From Vicugna vicugna (Eukaryota), in assembly GCA_013265495.1 (NCBI GenBank), contig MU058213.1:5787149-5851148 (forward strand): a DNA stretch of 64,000 bases, given 5' to 3'. A model generated the notes under the pieces. It was not told where the DNA came from. It made no database searches and worked only from the letters and a program-made list of their open reading frames with translations. Below are positions 1-13,755 of the stretch, piece by piece; positions within the stretch are counted from its first letter, which is position 1; the number at the start of each line of letters is the position of its first letter. Made by a program: the position numbers and the translations under genes.

Positions 1-669
1 TAAAAACAAGAAGAGAGAAAACAGCATAAGACAGCAAAGGGTTCAATAAAACAGATTATTTAACACTTACAGAAAACACAGGTAAAATCTTCTATTTGGA
101 GATTTTAAATACATATAGGTGAAGTCGAATGACCATTTCTCCAAAATGTCACCCAACATTAAGTTGGACAAAATGACCCTTGAAGTCTCTCAAGATAAAG
201 AATGTGAAAGGCTCACTCAGTTTGACAGGTGCAAGTAAGCCACTGCTGAAACTGAAACATAAAAATTGGAGTCATGTATTTAGTCAGAACATTCTTACAA
301 TGGACAAATTAAATGTGTTTGTACTTCATACATTTAGGAAAAAATTAGCCAAGCTATACTCAAAAGATAACTGGGTCCTTGCAATTAATCACCACAGAAT
401 TAGTAGGGATGGTTCCACAAAGATATTGGCCCACTATGTTCTTGTAACCAAAATGTCCAAAGATATACTGGTTATTACCATGAATCATTAGAAATTCAAA
501 CAAAAATGTTATTTCTTTACCCTTAAACCAGACTATGATGCATGTACATCTGGATTACTCTGTGTAATTAGATCACCAAGATCAAACAAAACTAGAGAAA
601 CTCAAGGAAGGAGAAGTAACATGGACTAGAACACTGGTAATGCTGAGCATGACAAAAACAAAAAAGCAG

Positions 670-1460
670 CAAATTGACCACTTCTCTCCTTGAAACACTT
701 TCTCCCTTGGCATCTAGTATCACGCTCTCAGGTTTTCTACTTTTCACTCTCCTCCACCTACAACTTAAAATGACTCCTCTTTACACCTCACTACATATTA
801 ACCAGGACCAATAAATTCTACCTTCAAATTAGCTCTTACATCTAGTCACTCTCCTTCCTAACTAGTCTCAATGCATTTTACCTTACTCCCTTCCAAACTA
901 CTCTTCATTCACAATCAGACTAGACTTTTTAAACCTCGTAAGTTACTTACCATTAAAAATCTTCCATGGCTAAGTAAAAAAATATCACCACGACTTACAT
1001 AAACTCTCAAAGATCTGGCTCATGCTCACATCTATAACCTCACTTGAAACCATTCTCCCTCCCATCTTAAGCACCACTCATACTGAAATTCCTTCACTGC
1101 CAAGAACATGCCAATTCTCATCTCAGTATCTTTCCACATGCTGTTTCCTCTGTCTAGAACACATTTCCTCCCCTTCTTTGCCTATCTTCTTCTTCAGTCA
1201 TCTGTCCAGGATCCATTTAAAAGCCATTTTCTAAAAGTGGCCTTCCCTGACCTTCAGATAAGATGGCATCCCCCTGTGCTCCCATAGCAATCTTTTAAAC
1301 ATTCCTTTGTTAACACTTATCACACCCGGCATTCCTAATCAAATACCTGTTTCTCATGAGTTCATAAATTCCACGATAGCGAAGACCTCTCTTGTTCAGC
1401 TATTCTATTCCTACTGACTACCAAAAGTACTGGAAATACACTGGATGCTTAATAAATATA
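670..1460 (+). mobile_element. Degraded LINE-2 (L2) fragments
   Basis: L2-like motifs (ttgaccacttctctccttgaaacactttctccc; gcttaataaatat 3' end). Recognised by eye, boundaries approximate. Confidence 0.5.
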
Positions 1461-1886
1461 TAAAACGATTAAAGTGTCAAAATAAAACAATCAAGTAGAC
1501 TTACGAAACATCTCTTGTAGCTCAAATAAACTTAAACAAAAGGAAATGCATGATACATTTTTTCATTCAATCCAGGGATAAAAATTCCATTTAACTGAAT
1601 TTGTGGTCTATAATTTCTTTAAAAGACAATGACAATGAATACTGCGACACAACCACTTGTCCCAGATTTGCCTCAGATGTGACAGAATGTATCACATCTG
1701 AGATTCTTGATATGCTAGACTTCATGTTTATGTTTGATTTGTTGGTTCAGCATCATTCTCCCAAAACAAACTGCTCTGGAATCTAACTAGTTCAAAGTGA
1801 TTATAATTTAAGGTCTCAAAGATGCACACAAGTTAATAACTCAGTTTTATTCCTATATACAAGTATCAAAAATATGTGTCAATCCA

Positions 1887-2505
1887 CCTGGGCATATATC
1901 CAGAAAGTATCCTACTTAAAAATGACACCTGCACCCCAATACTCATAGCAGCACTATTTATAATAGCCAAGACATGGAAACAGCCTAAATGTCCATCAAC
2001 AGATGACTGGATAAAGAAGATGTGGTATATTTATATAATGGAATACTATTCATCCATAAAAACCGACAACATAACGCCATTTGCAGCAACTTGGATGTTC
2101 CTGGAGAATGTCATTCTACGTGAAGTAAGCCAGAAAGAGAAGGAAAAATACCATATGAGATAGCTCATATGTGGAATCTAAAAACAAAACAAAACATAAA
2201 TACAAAACAGAAACAGACTCATAGACATAGAATACAAACTTGTGGTTGTCAAGGGGGCAGGGGTAGGAAGGGACAGACTGGGATTTCAAAATGTAGAATA
2301 GATAAAAGACTGTACTGTGTAGCACAGGGAAATATATACAGGATCTTGTGGCAGCTCACAGCGAAAAAAAATGTGACAATGAATATATGTATGTTCGTGT
2401 ACAACTCAAAAACTGTGCTCTACACTGGAATTTGACACAACATTGTAAAATGACTATAACTCAATAAAAAAAAAGTTTAAAAAAAAGAAAAAAAGAAAAA
2501 AAAAG
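1887..2505 (+). mobile_element. 5'-truncated LINE-1 (ORF2 C-terminus, 3'UTR, polyA)
   Basis: ORF 1876-2163 encodes the L1 ORF2 C-terminal motif [42 protein letters not shown] and polyA at ~2463-2504. TSD GTCAATCCA at 1878-1886 and 2506-2514. Confidence 0.93.
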
Positions 2506-5500
2506 GTCAATCCAAAAAAGTTAGAGGTTATGATACAACCAAGTAAGGAATTTCAGTATTCAGAAGCTATTTCAAATAGGAACTATATAAATGATTATCA
2601 AAGATTTTTTAAACCCATTTATTAATCTAAAAAATCATATTTCTTACATACTTCACTGATGTTTAATAAAATAAGCCAAGCAACAATAATATTATAAAGC
2701 CAATAAACTAAACACACCCATTCAACACAATTATATAAATGATTTTCAGGTATAATGAAATAAGATAATCATTTAAACAACCTTTAGTCATATAAAATTC
2801 TTGCTACACTTTTAAGAACTAGTACAACAACTTATATGGGGCTTAGTCTCTTGAAAAAACAGAAATAAATGAAGTTGGCTAAGAATCCAAATTAAATCTG
2901 AACTAGTGTGCTTATCTCACATAAGACTCAATTGCACATGCAACATGTTAGTATGAAATATAACTTACAGCTGAGGATTGTAATTGAGGAATGAGGGATG
3001 GGCTTTTCTACTAGGCACATACCTCATTTCTGACATTTACTGTCTACGTCACCAGCTCTAGGAACTCTGACATTAAGCATGCTATCAGACACAAGCCTGT
3101 TTGAGATCAACTTCTAGAGGAAACAATGACTCCAAAAAAATTGAAAATAGTCAGAAAAACACTTAAAATCTTACTACCATTCCCTTTCAAAATGGGTAGG
3201 AAGCTCAATTTAAAAAAAAAAACTCATTCCTTCTTTTACACATAAACCTTAGTTAATGCTTTAAAACGTGAAATAAAAATGATATTTCATGTTAAATCAT
3301 ATCTAAGAAGCTAAAGCTCAGAGTTATTCAATTAAATTGAATAAAGCTCTCAATTTAACTTCCTAAACACAATGCAGCTCTTGCTATTTCTTATTTCGGT
3401 AAGTAACTCAAGTAGCCAGTGTAGTTTTCAGATTTTTTTAAAACATATTTGTCAGGCGTTTAATTTCTGTGTAACAAGGAATCAGGCAGTAATAAAGAAT
3501 AGCATATCCTAGAAAATCCACTGCTGAGACAGAGTGGAGAGAAATATATTTTAAGTACATGCTAAGGGGTACAGTACCTGATATAAACTGGGTAAAAATA
3601 CATATCATTTTCCCCTAGAAATTTTTGCTCAAACTTACTCAAATTTTGTTGAGATAGAATTAAATGCTACATCAGTATTTTTCAAAATTTTGTTTTTCCA
3701 TATCCATAACAGTGGCACATCTACACAATTCAAATTGATTCTGTTGCTCTTTTTTATGATACGACATCCATTTATGCTCCCTAGATTCTCAGTTCTGCAT
3801 CTTAAAGTGTAGTGGTTCATCTACAGAGTTAAAAGTATCCTGGGTTTCTGCTACCCTACTCATGATATGCCAAAGATAAAGTATAAGACACTTCCAGACT
3901 AGTTCAACCCCAGCCAGAATCCAAAGAGAATATTTATCCCTTTCACAGGTTTTTTGGGACACATTCTTGACATCCTCATGTTTCAGAAGTAGGGAGAACT
4001 TCAGTCTCAAACTGCACAGAAAACTTCCAATCGAATATCTGACCGTTTACTTTGAACAGAATTATCTTGTAAAAATAAAAAAAAAAAGGAACTTCTAAGT
4101 TCTCCAAAACATTATACTTCAGATAAAATTCTGGTATCTTCTATACTACATACAAATCACACTAGTAGATAGAAACAATTTTTGACTTACTGATTATGTA
4201 CCTAAACAATCAAACACAAAAGCAGAAAAAAATAGTTTATCACTGACTAGGTAGTGTTTTGATTTTTTAAAATTTAGTTATTTGGGTGTTACTAACATAT
4301 TTTGCAGAATTTTAAAGTAGGAAGAAGCCTTAAACATTATTATCTCATCCAAAGCTCAAGGTCTTACTAATGAGGAACCTGAAGCTCAAAAGAAATCTCT
4401 AGATAACTCATGTCAAGTCATTCATTCAGTCTCCAAACTATCACTGTATTCCTTTCTCTAACCAGTTATGGCTGTTTGAATACATACACTTCCTATATAA
4501 TCATGAGCCTCTTTACTAAGTAGCTTCCCACACAAATGTAAATGTTTCAGAGGAAGTAAAGTCAGCAAAGTGGTGAGAAGACCAGAAAACAAAGATGATT
4601 GCCCAAAGTACATCATGAAAAACAAAATAAAAAGGAAAGGGTTTAAATACACATAAGAAAAAAACATAATTTTATGATGTATATGCATCAAATTATTATG
4701 CTGTACACCTCAAACTTATATAGTGCTATATAATTACATCTCAAGACTGGAAGAGAAAAAAGAGTGACAGTTTTTCACGGAATTCTCAAAAACGGACATT
4801 AGGCTTAAAGAATCTTGACATTTCTTCGTTTAAAATTAACATGTGTAAACTTGGGATGTGATACGCTCTTATTTGCAAACTTGGAATCCAGGTTAAAAGA
4901 AGTTTTGTTTATGTGCTTAGGCATATAGGGCAAAGAATAACTTTAATACTGACACACACACACACACAGTCATACCCCATAGAGTCTAGTACCCAAAACT
5001 AACATTTTGTATATGACGGGGGAGGAGGACAGATTAAGCAGGAAATCTGTAATTATACTTACCGAGGTCATTTTGCAAGCCTGTTTCAAGGAAAGGGAGA
5101 ACTAAAACTATCAGATCATAACATTTTTAACTGAGGTATGTTAGAAGGTAGTGAAATGACCATGTTTTAGGGCACAAATTCTGAGACAGTATAAATATAT
5201 AAGTATAGTAATTGAGACAATAAAATAAAACACCTGAATTCAGATCTACTCTGAAAAATGTAATATAGGTATATAGTTAATTAAACAGATTTCTATTAAA
5301 AGTACCTAAGATAACCACTTATATACAGCATGAGATTTTCTAACTCCAGGTCCTTTGCTGAGAGCCTTAGCCAGAAGTAAGTTCTCCTTCCTTTGAATAT
5401 TTATAGCATTTTATCTCTAAAGCACCATATCACATTTTCTTCTTATACAATGACTTACGTCTATCTTGCTGCTCCTATTACAATGACTAAATAACAGTGA

Positions 5501-6739
5501 GAACTCATAACACGCTCTCTCACTCTCACACATACAGAAAAACAAGAGGGACTAGGGATTTGCTTTTGCCACATGTTTAGTATGAATTAGGTGATGGAGC
5601 TAGTAAAAATCTAATGATATAAAAGAAATGTGGTATCCAAACAAAGGCAGGTAGAATCTTTTCCTTTTGGCAGTCCCTATATTTGCAATATAGCATTAAA
5701 TTCATTTTGAGATAGTCACTAAAAACTTAGGAAGGCTTAATGATTGCTTATTATTTCATGGTACCAATAAAGAATGGATAATTCAAAAATATCTGAAGTT
5801 AAGGGTAATAAAAAAATTTACATCAATTGCTGTCACTAAAATTTTTATCTAGAAGAGCAAACAGACCCTGAAATGAATGTTTTCCCCCTTCAAATCAAAG
5901 TAGATTTTATAACTTGAAAGCAGTTTTTCTACAATGATCATTACTTTGTAATACGGAAATTAATTTCACTTAAGTAATGCATGTATTTCCATGTGCAAAA
6001 CACTTCAAGTTTCAGAGCATGTCTAATTATCTGTTGTTTTTCATCCATTAAAATCTTTCTGAGCATCAGTACTACAAGGGCAAAGAGCAGACACACTAAA
6101 TATTAGCAGCCAGCCTGTGAGGAACAAACAACACAGTTATAGAAAAATAAACAAGAAATACACACATGAAAAGAAAAAGAGATCAAATCAAATGCCAACG
6201 GTACATATAAGTAAGTTAAAGGTTCAGGGGAAGGTGTAAGAAAAGTTTGAAAAAAGTAGAACTTGAATTGTGTATTAAAAGATGATCGGAATGTATTTAA
6301 GTTAAATGATACACAGAAGAAACTGTACATGGTATACTCAGCAATCAGAAGACCATTCTGAGTGAAAGAGACCTTTAATATTGGGAAATGGAGTACAGTA
6401 AGTTTAGAATAATAGACTTGAATTGCCTTACAAAGAATCTTGAAAGCCAAGTTAAGAAATGGCTAACAATCATTAATTTAAGACTTAAAGCAGTAAGCTG
6501 ACATGAAAAAGGAAGCATTTAAGGAAGAGTCATCATGTAGTAGTACGAAGGTGAGCTTTAATGATAAATGGAGTGGAAGCTGGGAAACCCATTAAGAGTT
6601 GAATAATAAATCAGGGTTACAGCAACAGAAAAAGTACAAAAGGAATAATTTATTAATTACAGCAGGCAACACAGAGAGTCTGACAAAGAATTCTCAAAGA
6701 TTTTGTATCTAAGTACCCCTAACAAAGGAAAAACTATGG

Positions 6740-6935
6740 GGTTTTGAGTCAGCCAGGTCTGGGTCAAATAATCTGTGCTATGTAACTTGGAAGAAGTTAT
6801 TTAACTTCTCTGAGTCTCAGTTTCCTCAAATATAAAAAGATAATTTACCTTGTTTGGGTGTTGAGAAGATTAATAAGAAAATGCACATAAATCATCTATG
6901 TACCTAGAACATCACAACACTAAATAAATATGATT
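6740..6935 (+). mobile_element. MIR SINE
   Basis: MIR core aagttatttaacttctctgagtctcagtttcctca. Confidence 0.7.
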
Positions 6936-7439
6936 TTTACCTCTCTCCCTTGCCTCCCTATTCTTTATTCCTTAAGAATTCTGAGAATTGAGCAGTATAG
7001 TAAGTAATCTATCTACAAGTTGTCATTTTAGAGGTAATAAAACTGAGTTAATGAGAAATTAAATGACTTATTCAATGGCATACAACCAGCTACCTTCACT
7101 GCTGGCACCAGAAAAGAAATATATAGACCTTAAAACACATTAAAAAATAGGGAAACTACAAACACAGACTCTTCTTTAAAGACATATTCTCTAATAATAC
7201 AATAGAGGATCTGATTCATAAACTTAAAACATTTAAATGTGACTGTTTCCTTAACAATATAAAAAGGACAATCCATATTAAAAGAAAAAAATGCTTAAAG
7301 TAGACACCAAATTCCAGTGTAGGCTGAATTTCCAAATGAGGACCTTTCCATTAGAGAAGGAAAATTAAGGGTATAAATTGCTTCTCTAAACTTAGAGTGA
7401 ATATATGGGAACTTCAGACACAGCAACAAATTTACTCAC

Positions 7440-7590
7440 CTTCCATGAGCGTGGAAATCTAGACGTAAAAACTGGTCCTCATGTGAGACTGCTCTTTTGG
7501 CACGCTGGTGTTTTTGGTGTAATGAATCCACATCATAAGATAATCCTTCATAATGTCTAATGAATTTATTTAAAGGATTTCCATACTGAC
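7440..7590 (-). CDS. ADAM10: ADAM10 coding exon 2 (151 nt; start of prodomain)
   Basis: Minus strand ttttatag|GTCAGTATGG...CATGGAAG|gtgagt. Translates (G)[49 protein letters not shown](R), the ADAM10 prodomain N-terminus with the RAKR convertase site. Phase joins exon 1 (52 nt). Confidence 0.98.
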
Positions 7591-7769
7591 CTATAAAAAG
7601 TAAACAGAATTAGTATCATATTGAAGGCCCATTTGAGTTCTAATATTCCATGATTATTCAAATACCTAAAAAGATGTAAGAAACAACAACTTCACTAATC
7701 CTCGTATTTCATTTTCACAGTTTTAAAAAGCTTATTATAATGGGAATTTAAACCACACACAAAAGTTTT

Positions 7770-10700
7770 GAGGTTAGCCATGGGTTTGTCTAGGATGTAC
7801 TTTATCAGATTAAGGAAGTTCTCTTGTATTAATAATCTGCTGATAAAAACTATCAGGAACAGATGTTGACTTTTGTCACCCACTCTTTCTGTATCTCTTA
7901 AGAAGTTTATATAATTTTTTGTTTTTAATTTATCAATAAGGCAAATTAAATTGACTTATTTTCTAATGTTAAACCAACCCTGCCCTACTGAAATAAATCT
8001 GTCATCATACATCATCTTTTACAATATGGTTGGAGTCAATCTGCTATACTTTTATTTAGAATTTCTACTGATGTTCATGAGAAACATTGGTCTGTAGTTT
8101 TCTTGTACTTTGTCAAGTTTTGGTATCAATGTAAAAAAAAAAGTTGGAAAATTATTAACTCTTCTTCAATTTTCTGGACGAATTTATATAGAACTGATAT
8201 TTTGTCCTTAAATGTTTGATAAAATTCACCAGTGAAGCCATCTTGGCCTGGGGTTTTCTTTGTGAAAGGTCATTAACAACAATTCCAATTTCATATATGA
8301 CAGCTATCCCAGTTACCTACTTCTGGAGTGAGCTGTGGTAAGATTTTATCCATTTCACATAAGTTGCTGAAGTTATGGAGATAAAAGTCATTCATAATAC
8401 TTCCTCATTATGTTTTTTATCTCTTCTGAATTTGCAATGATGTTACCTCCCTCATTCCTGATATTGGTAATCCACATTGTCTTTCTTGCATTCCTGATCA
8501 GGACAGCTAGAGATTTATGGATTTCACTGATCTTCTCAAAGAACCAACTTTTATTTCCTCGATTTTCCTTCATTATTTTTCTATTTTCTATCTTTCCATT
8601 TTCACTTTGATCTTTCTTACTGCTTACTGTGACTTTAATTGCCCTTCTTTCTTCAGCAAAGGCCATTGATTTAAGACATTTCTTTTCTAATCCATGTGCT
8701 TAGTGCTATAAATGTCCCCTTAAAACTGCTTTAGCAGCATCCCACAAATTGTTATGTTACCATTTTCATTTGTTCAACATGCTTTCTAATTTCCCTTTTA
8801 ATTTCTTCTATGATTCATGTGCTATTTAGAACTCCATTATTTAAACTCTAAATGGAGCATTTTTCAGTTATTTTTCTTTTATTGACTTCTAATTTAATTC
8901 CACAGTAGCCAGAGAACATACTTTGTATGACATCAATCCTTTTACATATATCTGAGACATTTTATGATCAAGAATATGGTTTCTCTTTGCAAATGTTTCA
9001 TGCACACTTGAAAAGAATGTGTATTCTGCTGATAATGGACACGTGTTATAGAAATGTCACTGTCTGCTCTTAATGAGCATAGTGTTTTATAAACGTCAAC
9101 CAGCTCAAGTTGGTTGACAGTGTTGTTTAAGCTTCCTATCCTTAATGATTTTCTATCTACCTGTTCAATAATTGAGAATGGGGTATTAAAATCTCTAAGA
9201 TTGTGACTTTTTCTATTTCTCCTTGCAATCCTTTCCTTAATTGATTTTTGAAGTTCTATTATTACATAAATGTTAATGATTATTATGCCTTTGGATTAAT
9301 TTACCTTTTATCATTATCAAATGATCTTCTTTATTCTTTGTAATATTCTATGTTCTAAAATCTACTTTGTTTGACTTTAATATAGCCATTCCATCTTTTT
9401 TTTTTTTTTTTTTGACCAGCATGGTATCTCTTTTTCCATCTTTTCACTTTAAACTTATCTGTGCCTATATACTTAAAGTGAGTCCACTGTAGGTAGCATA
9501 TCGTTGGGTCTTTTTTTTTTTTAACCAATCTGATCATCTCTGCCCTTTAATTGGGGTGTTTAATAAACATTTAAAGTAGTTACTAATAAGGTTAGGCTTA
9601 AATCCATCACGTTGCTATTGATTTCTATTAGTTTCATCTATTATTTGCTCCCTTCTCCTTCTTTGAGACTATTTTTAAATTCTGTTTTATCTCTTCACGG
9701 GCTTATTAGCAAAACCCTTTGGTTATTTTAGTGGTTGCTTTAGGGCTTACAGGATACATCTTTAACTTCGACTACCTTCAGGTGACATTGTAACACTTCA
9801 GGTATAAGAACCTGACATTACTATACTTTCATTTCTCTCTTCCTGGCCTTTAGACTATAGTCACCATATACTTTACTTACTTAAATCTTATGAACTCCAC
9901 AATACATTGTTATTGTTTTGATTTAAACAAACAGTTATCTTCTAAATAGATTTAAATAACAGGAAAAATGTATTTCTCATTTCCAGGGTTCTTCATTCCT
10001 TTGTGTGTTCTATCTGGTATCTTTTTCCTTCTACCTGGATAAAATCCACTAACATTTCCTCTGCTGGTGAAGAGCTCTTCCAGCTGTTTTATGTCTCAGA
10101 GTCTTTATTTCATCTTCATTTTTGAAAGATATTTTCACTGGGCATAGAATTCCAGGCTGACAGGTTTGCTTTTTTTAAAAAAAAAAAAAGTTTAAAATGT
10201 TGCTCCACTATCTTTTCATCCGAATTTCTTCTGACAGGAAACCTGTCATCCTTACCATTATTCATCTGAATATGTCTTTTCCCTCCCTAGTGCTTTTGAG
10301 ATTTTCCTCTTTAATGCTGGTTTTGAGCAATTTGATTACAAAGTACTTTAGTTCCTTTATATTTATTGATCTTAAGTTTCAGTAAACTTCTTGGAACTGT
10401 GGGTTCATAATTTTCAACTATTAATTCTTCAATTTTTTTTTTTTCATTCTTCCCACTCCACCCCTACCCAAGCACTCCAAGTATACTGGGTCATGCAAAC
10501 CTTTCCAAAGCCCACTCATGGTGTTCTCTTATTTTTTAAAACTTTTCTCCTAGTTTCAATTGCTATGTCTTCTAGTTCAATAATATTCTGTAACATCTAA
10601 TCCTGTTGTTAATGCCATCCAGTTTTTATCTCTAGAAGTTAAGATTTGTCTGCTTTATATCCTTTATGTCTCTACTTAACTTTTAAAACATATGAAATAC

Positions 10701-11585
10701 AGGTATAATAAGTCTTTTAATGTTCTTGTCTGCTAATTCTAATACCCAGGTCAGTTATGGGCTGGTTCCAATTGACTGCTTATTTTTCTCTTTATGGATT
10801 GTTTTCCTGCTCCATTGCAGGAAATAATCTTTTCTGAATAATCTTTCAGGGAATGGAGGGCAGATACTGTAAAATTCACCTTGATGGGTGCTGGACATTT
10901 TCTGTATTCCTATAAATATTCTTAGGCTTTGTTATAGGACAGAGTAAAAGTAGTTAGAAATGGTTTGATCCTTTTGGGTCTTGCATTTATAATTTGTTAC
11001 CTAAGTCTGGAGCCATGCTCAGGGTAGGGCTAATTATTCTCCACCACTGAGGTCAAGATCTGAGTACTCTATCCAGTGCTCCACAAATCATGAGTTTTTC
11101 GGTCTGGCCAGTGAGAACAGGCACTATTTCCTGCACCAAGTGGACATGGGGCACTGTTTCTTTCCCTGGTCTCTCATAGTTTCCTCACACGAGCACACTG
11201 ACTAGTTCTCTGCCCAACGCTCCAGGGGAAACCCTCTGCAGATCTCAGGCATTCTCTCTCTATGCAGTGCTCTTAATTCTGATATTCTGTCTGCAAACTC
11301 TAGCTGCTTTGGTACCATTCCATCTCGTCAATTCTGCTGCCCTCCACCAAGGTTCCTTCTCATAGCACTGGAGATGGAAATTTCTTACAGGCAAAAGCTC
11401 GAACCATCATAGGTCTTGACTCATTTGTTTCTCCTCTTTCAGGGATCAATGTCCCTCACTATCTAGTGACCAGTGTCTTAAAACCCATTGTTTCTCTGGT
11501 TTTTCCCCTAGTTTTCTTGCTCTTTTTCAGGCAGAAAGATAAATCTGGTCCTAGTTTCTCCATCTTCATCAGGAGCAGAAGTCAG
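7770..11585 (-). mobile_element. Old, decayed LINE-1 (L1M-type) with ORF2 endonuclease/linker remnants
   Basis: Minus ORFs 9355-9537 (KDPTICYLQWTHFKY, L1 EN domain) and 8388-8666 (KSWFFEKI...ITNIRNEGGNI...IMRKYYE, L1 ORF2). T-rich plus strand. Confidence 0.85.
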
Positions 11586-13166
11586 AAACAGTGATAACAA
11601 ATCAGGTATAATTTCTTCCTACAGAAAACTGCCCTCTTTTATAAAACAAACACCAAATTTCAATTTTTAATATAATTTTTTATTTTAATTTATAAATTGG
11701 CCTAATATATTGCATAAACCCTAAGTGTTTCATCACTAAATTTTTTATGTATGCAGTCAGTGGCTAGTCACTATATGGTTAAGGATACAAACTCTTAAAT
11801 CATCTGGATTTAAGTTCTGGAGATTACACAGCAAGGTAAATGTATTTACTAACACTACTGAATTGTACATAAGAAATGATTAAGATAGTAAATTCCACAA
11901 TTAGCATTTTTTTACTGGAATGAAAAAAAATTATCTGGGCTTGAATCCCATTACCTTCATTTACTGGGTTGTTTCCCTGATTAAGTGGAAAACTCAGCTT
12001 CAGTCTCCCACCCTTAAAATAGAAGGAGAATACCTCTCTCTTAAGGCTGTTACAAGGATTAAATGATTTAAGTCATGTGTGGCAATTAACTAAGTGTCTA
12101 CCATACAGTAAAGGCTCAATGAATTATTCATAGTCATCACCATCTCTTCCCTTTCCTCCTCCTTCTTTTCCTCCTTCTCCCACACTTCTCTGAGGCCTAT
12201 ATGAACACATTGAGGCCATACATTCAGGAATAAAGACAGAACTGGGTTTGAATTCTGACATTTCTTAGCCATGACTACATGAGCTAGATAATAATTTAAC
12301 TTTTTGAAAATCTCAGGGGTTTTTTAATTTGTAAAGTAGAAACAACAATGAATACCTTAAATGCAAATAAACTGCTTAGCACAAAGGCTGGCATGCAAAA
12401 ACCATTCAATTTAAACTATTATTGAGTCACTTCACCATGCTTTCAAATACACTGTTCTAAAGAGAGGTGACAGAAATGGAGTCCTAAACTAGAATGCATA
12501 GCTTTCTTTACAATTAGCAAAGAAAATATAGTGAAGCCAGGGTAGAAGAGAAAATAAAGCCTAGTGGTAAGAGACTTTCAATCAAGACTAAATAATTGAA
12601 TCATGCTAATGTATTTTTCTTTCCTTAAAAATATCTCTAAATTTATACCTGGATTTAAAAAAAAAAATCCCCTACAAAAGAAAAATCAAGAAAAAAAATC
12701 AAGAATAAGGAAGCTGCAGTGTGAGAACGTCAGGGTAGTTTCTTTCATTTTGAAAATCAAAGTAGGACTACTGAATTATATCGCTTTTAAGTGGACTAAG
12801 CAGTCACAGCACAGTTAACTTTGCAAAGTTACTGCTTCCACTCCTTTTTCAGCACCAGAAAGTGAACTTTTTAAGTCACAGAGCAGACAAAGTATTTTGC
12901 CAGTTCGGATAACTTAAGACAATAACTATGACTGTTCTGGTGAAGTACATGTGATAAAAGCTCAATTATTTGCATGGCAGGAACAATTCTGGGAGAGTTA
13001 TTAAACAAAGTCATCTTTTCTCTGTCCCACACACAGAGGAATTTTATAAAGCAACATAATGTTTACTTTCATTTGCAAAGGACCTGAGTAATGATTTTCC
13101 GAATCTTTATAATTGAGATAAAACATGACTTATGGTGCTTAACTGAGAAAGTTAAAAATGCTACCC

Positions 13167-13362
13167 AAGGACATAGAGTTAACAAGTCCACTTCATTATC
13201 ATCTTCTACGTAAGAAAGGACATAGAGTTAACAAGTCCACTTCATTATCATCTTCTACGTAAGAAAGGACATAGAGTTAACAAGTCCACTTCATTATCAT
13301 CTTCTACGTAAGAAAGGACATAGAGTTAACAAGTCCACTTCATTATCATCTTCTACGTAAGA
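13167..13362. repeat. Perfect tandem repeat, 4 x 49 bp (AAGGACATAGAGTTAACAAGTCCACTTCATTATCATCTTCTACGTAAGA)
   Basis: Units start at 13167, 13216, 13265 and 13314; identical, with no spacers. Confidence 0.97.
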
Positions 13363-13599
13363 CTTACAGCTTCTGTATTAACTACGCCTAAATATCAGTA
13401 TTTACGATACAATCTCAGTAATATAAAAAATTATTGAAGATTATGTATTGAATGAAACTGTATTATAATTTCTCCCCCCAATACTTAATGAAACAAAGGG
13501 AGAACCATGGGGGAAAACAACAACTACTACAAAAAGCAGTCCACTCTCCCACATTAAAAAAAAAAAAAAATCCCCAAGAACTGAAACCAAATAAGTAGA

Positions 13600-13755
13600 G
13601 ATATAACCATTGTGTCCTAGAGCTGTTTGATCAGGCTCATGAGTGCCAATTCTCTTCCCAATGCTATGCTCAATGGCATTATGTTGGTAGCTTGAAATCA
13701 ACCATGGATGGAGTAGTTACACTACTGAAATTAGAAAAGGCTACAAATCAGAACA
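13600..13755. mobile_element. Possible hAT DNA-transposon relic (MER63-like)
   Basis: Motif ggtagcttgaaatcaaccatgg...ctacaaatcag resembles MER63, from memory. Confidence 0.35.

Larger units (their letters stand above)
1..7439 (-). other. ADAM10: ADAM10 intron 2 (partial, continues beyond window start)
   Basis: Begins with donor AG|GTGAGT at 7439 on the minus strand. The next ADAM10 exon (HFNLRMKRD...) was not found in 1-7439. Confidence 0.85.

Noticed and set aside
1876..2435. Protein-coding ORFs of 95 and 88 aa
   Set aside because: They are fragments of L1 ORF2 and the L1 3'UTR. The same applies to ORFs at 8388, 9355, 15850, 30637-31145, 36435-38874, 47523 and 63485-63946.
13167..13362. 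CRISPR-like array
   Set aside because: The units abut directly with no unique spacers, there are no cas genes, and the context is a mammalian intron. It is a minisatellite.
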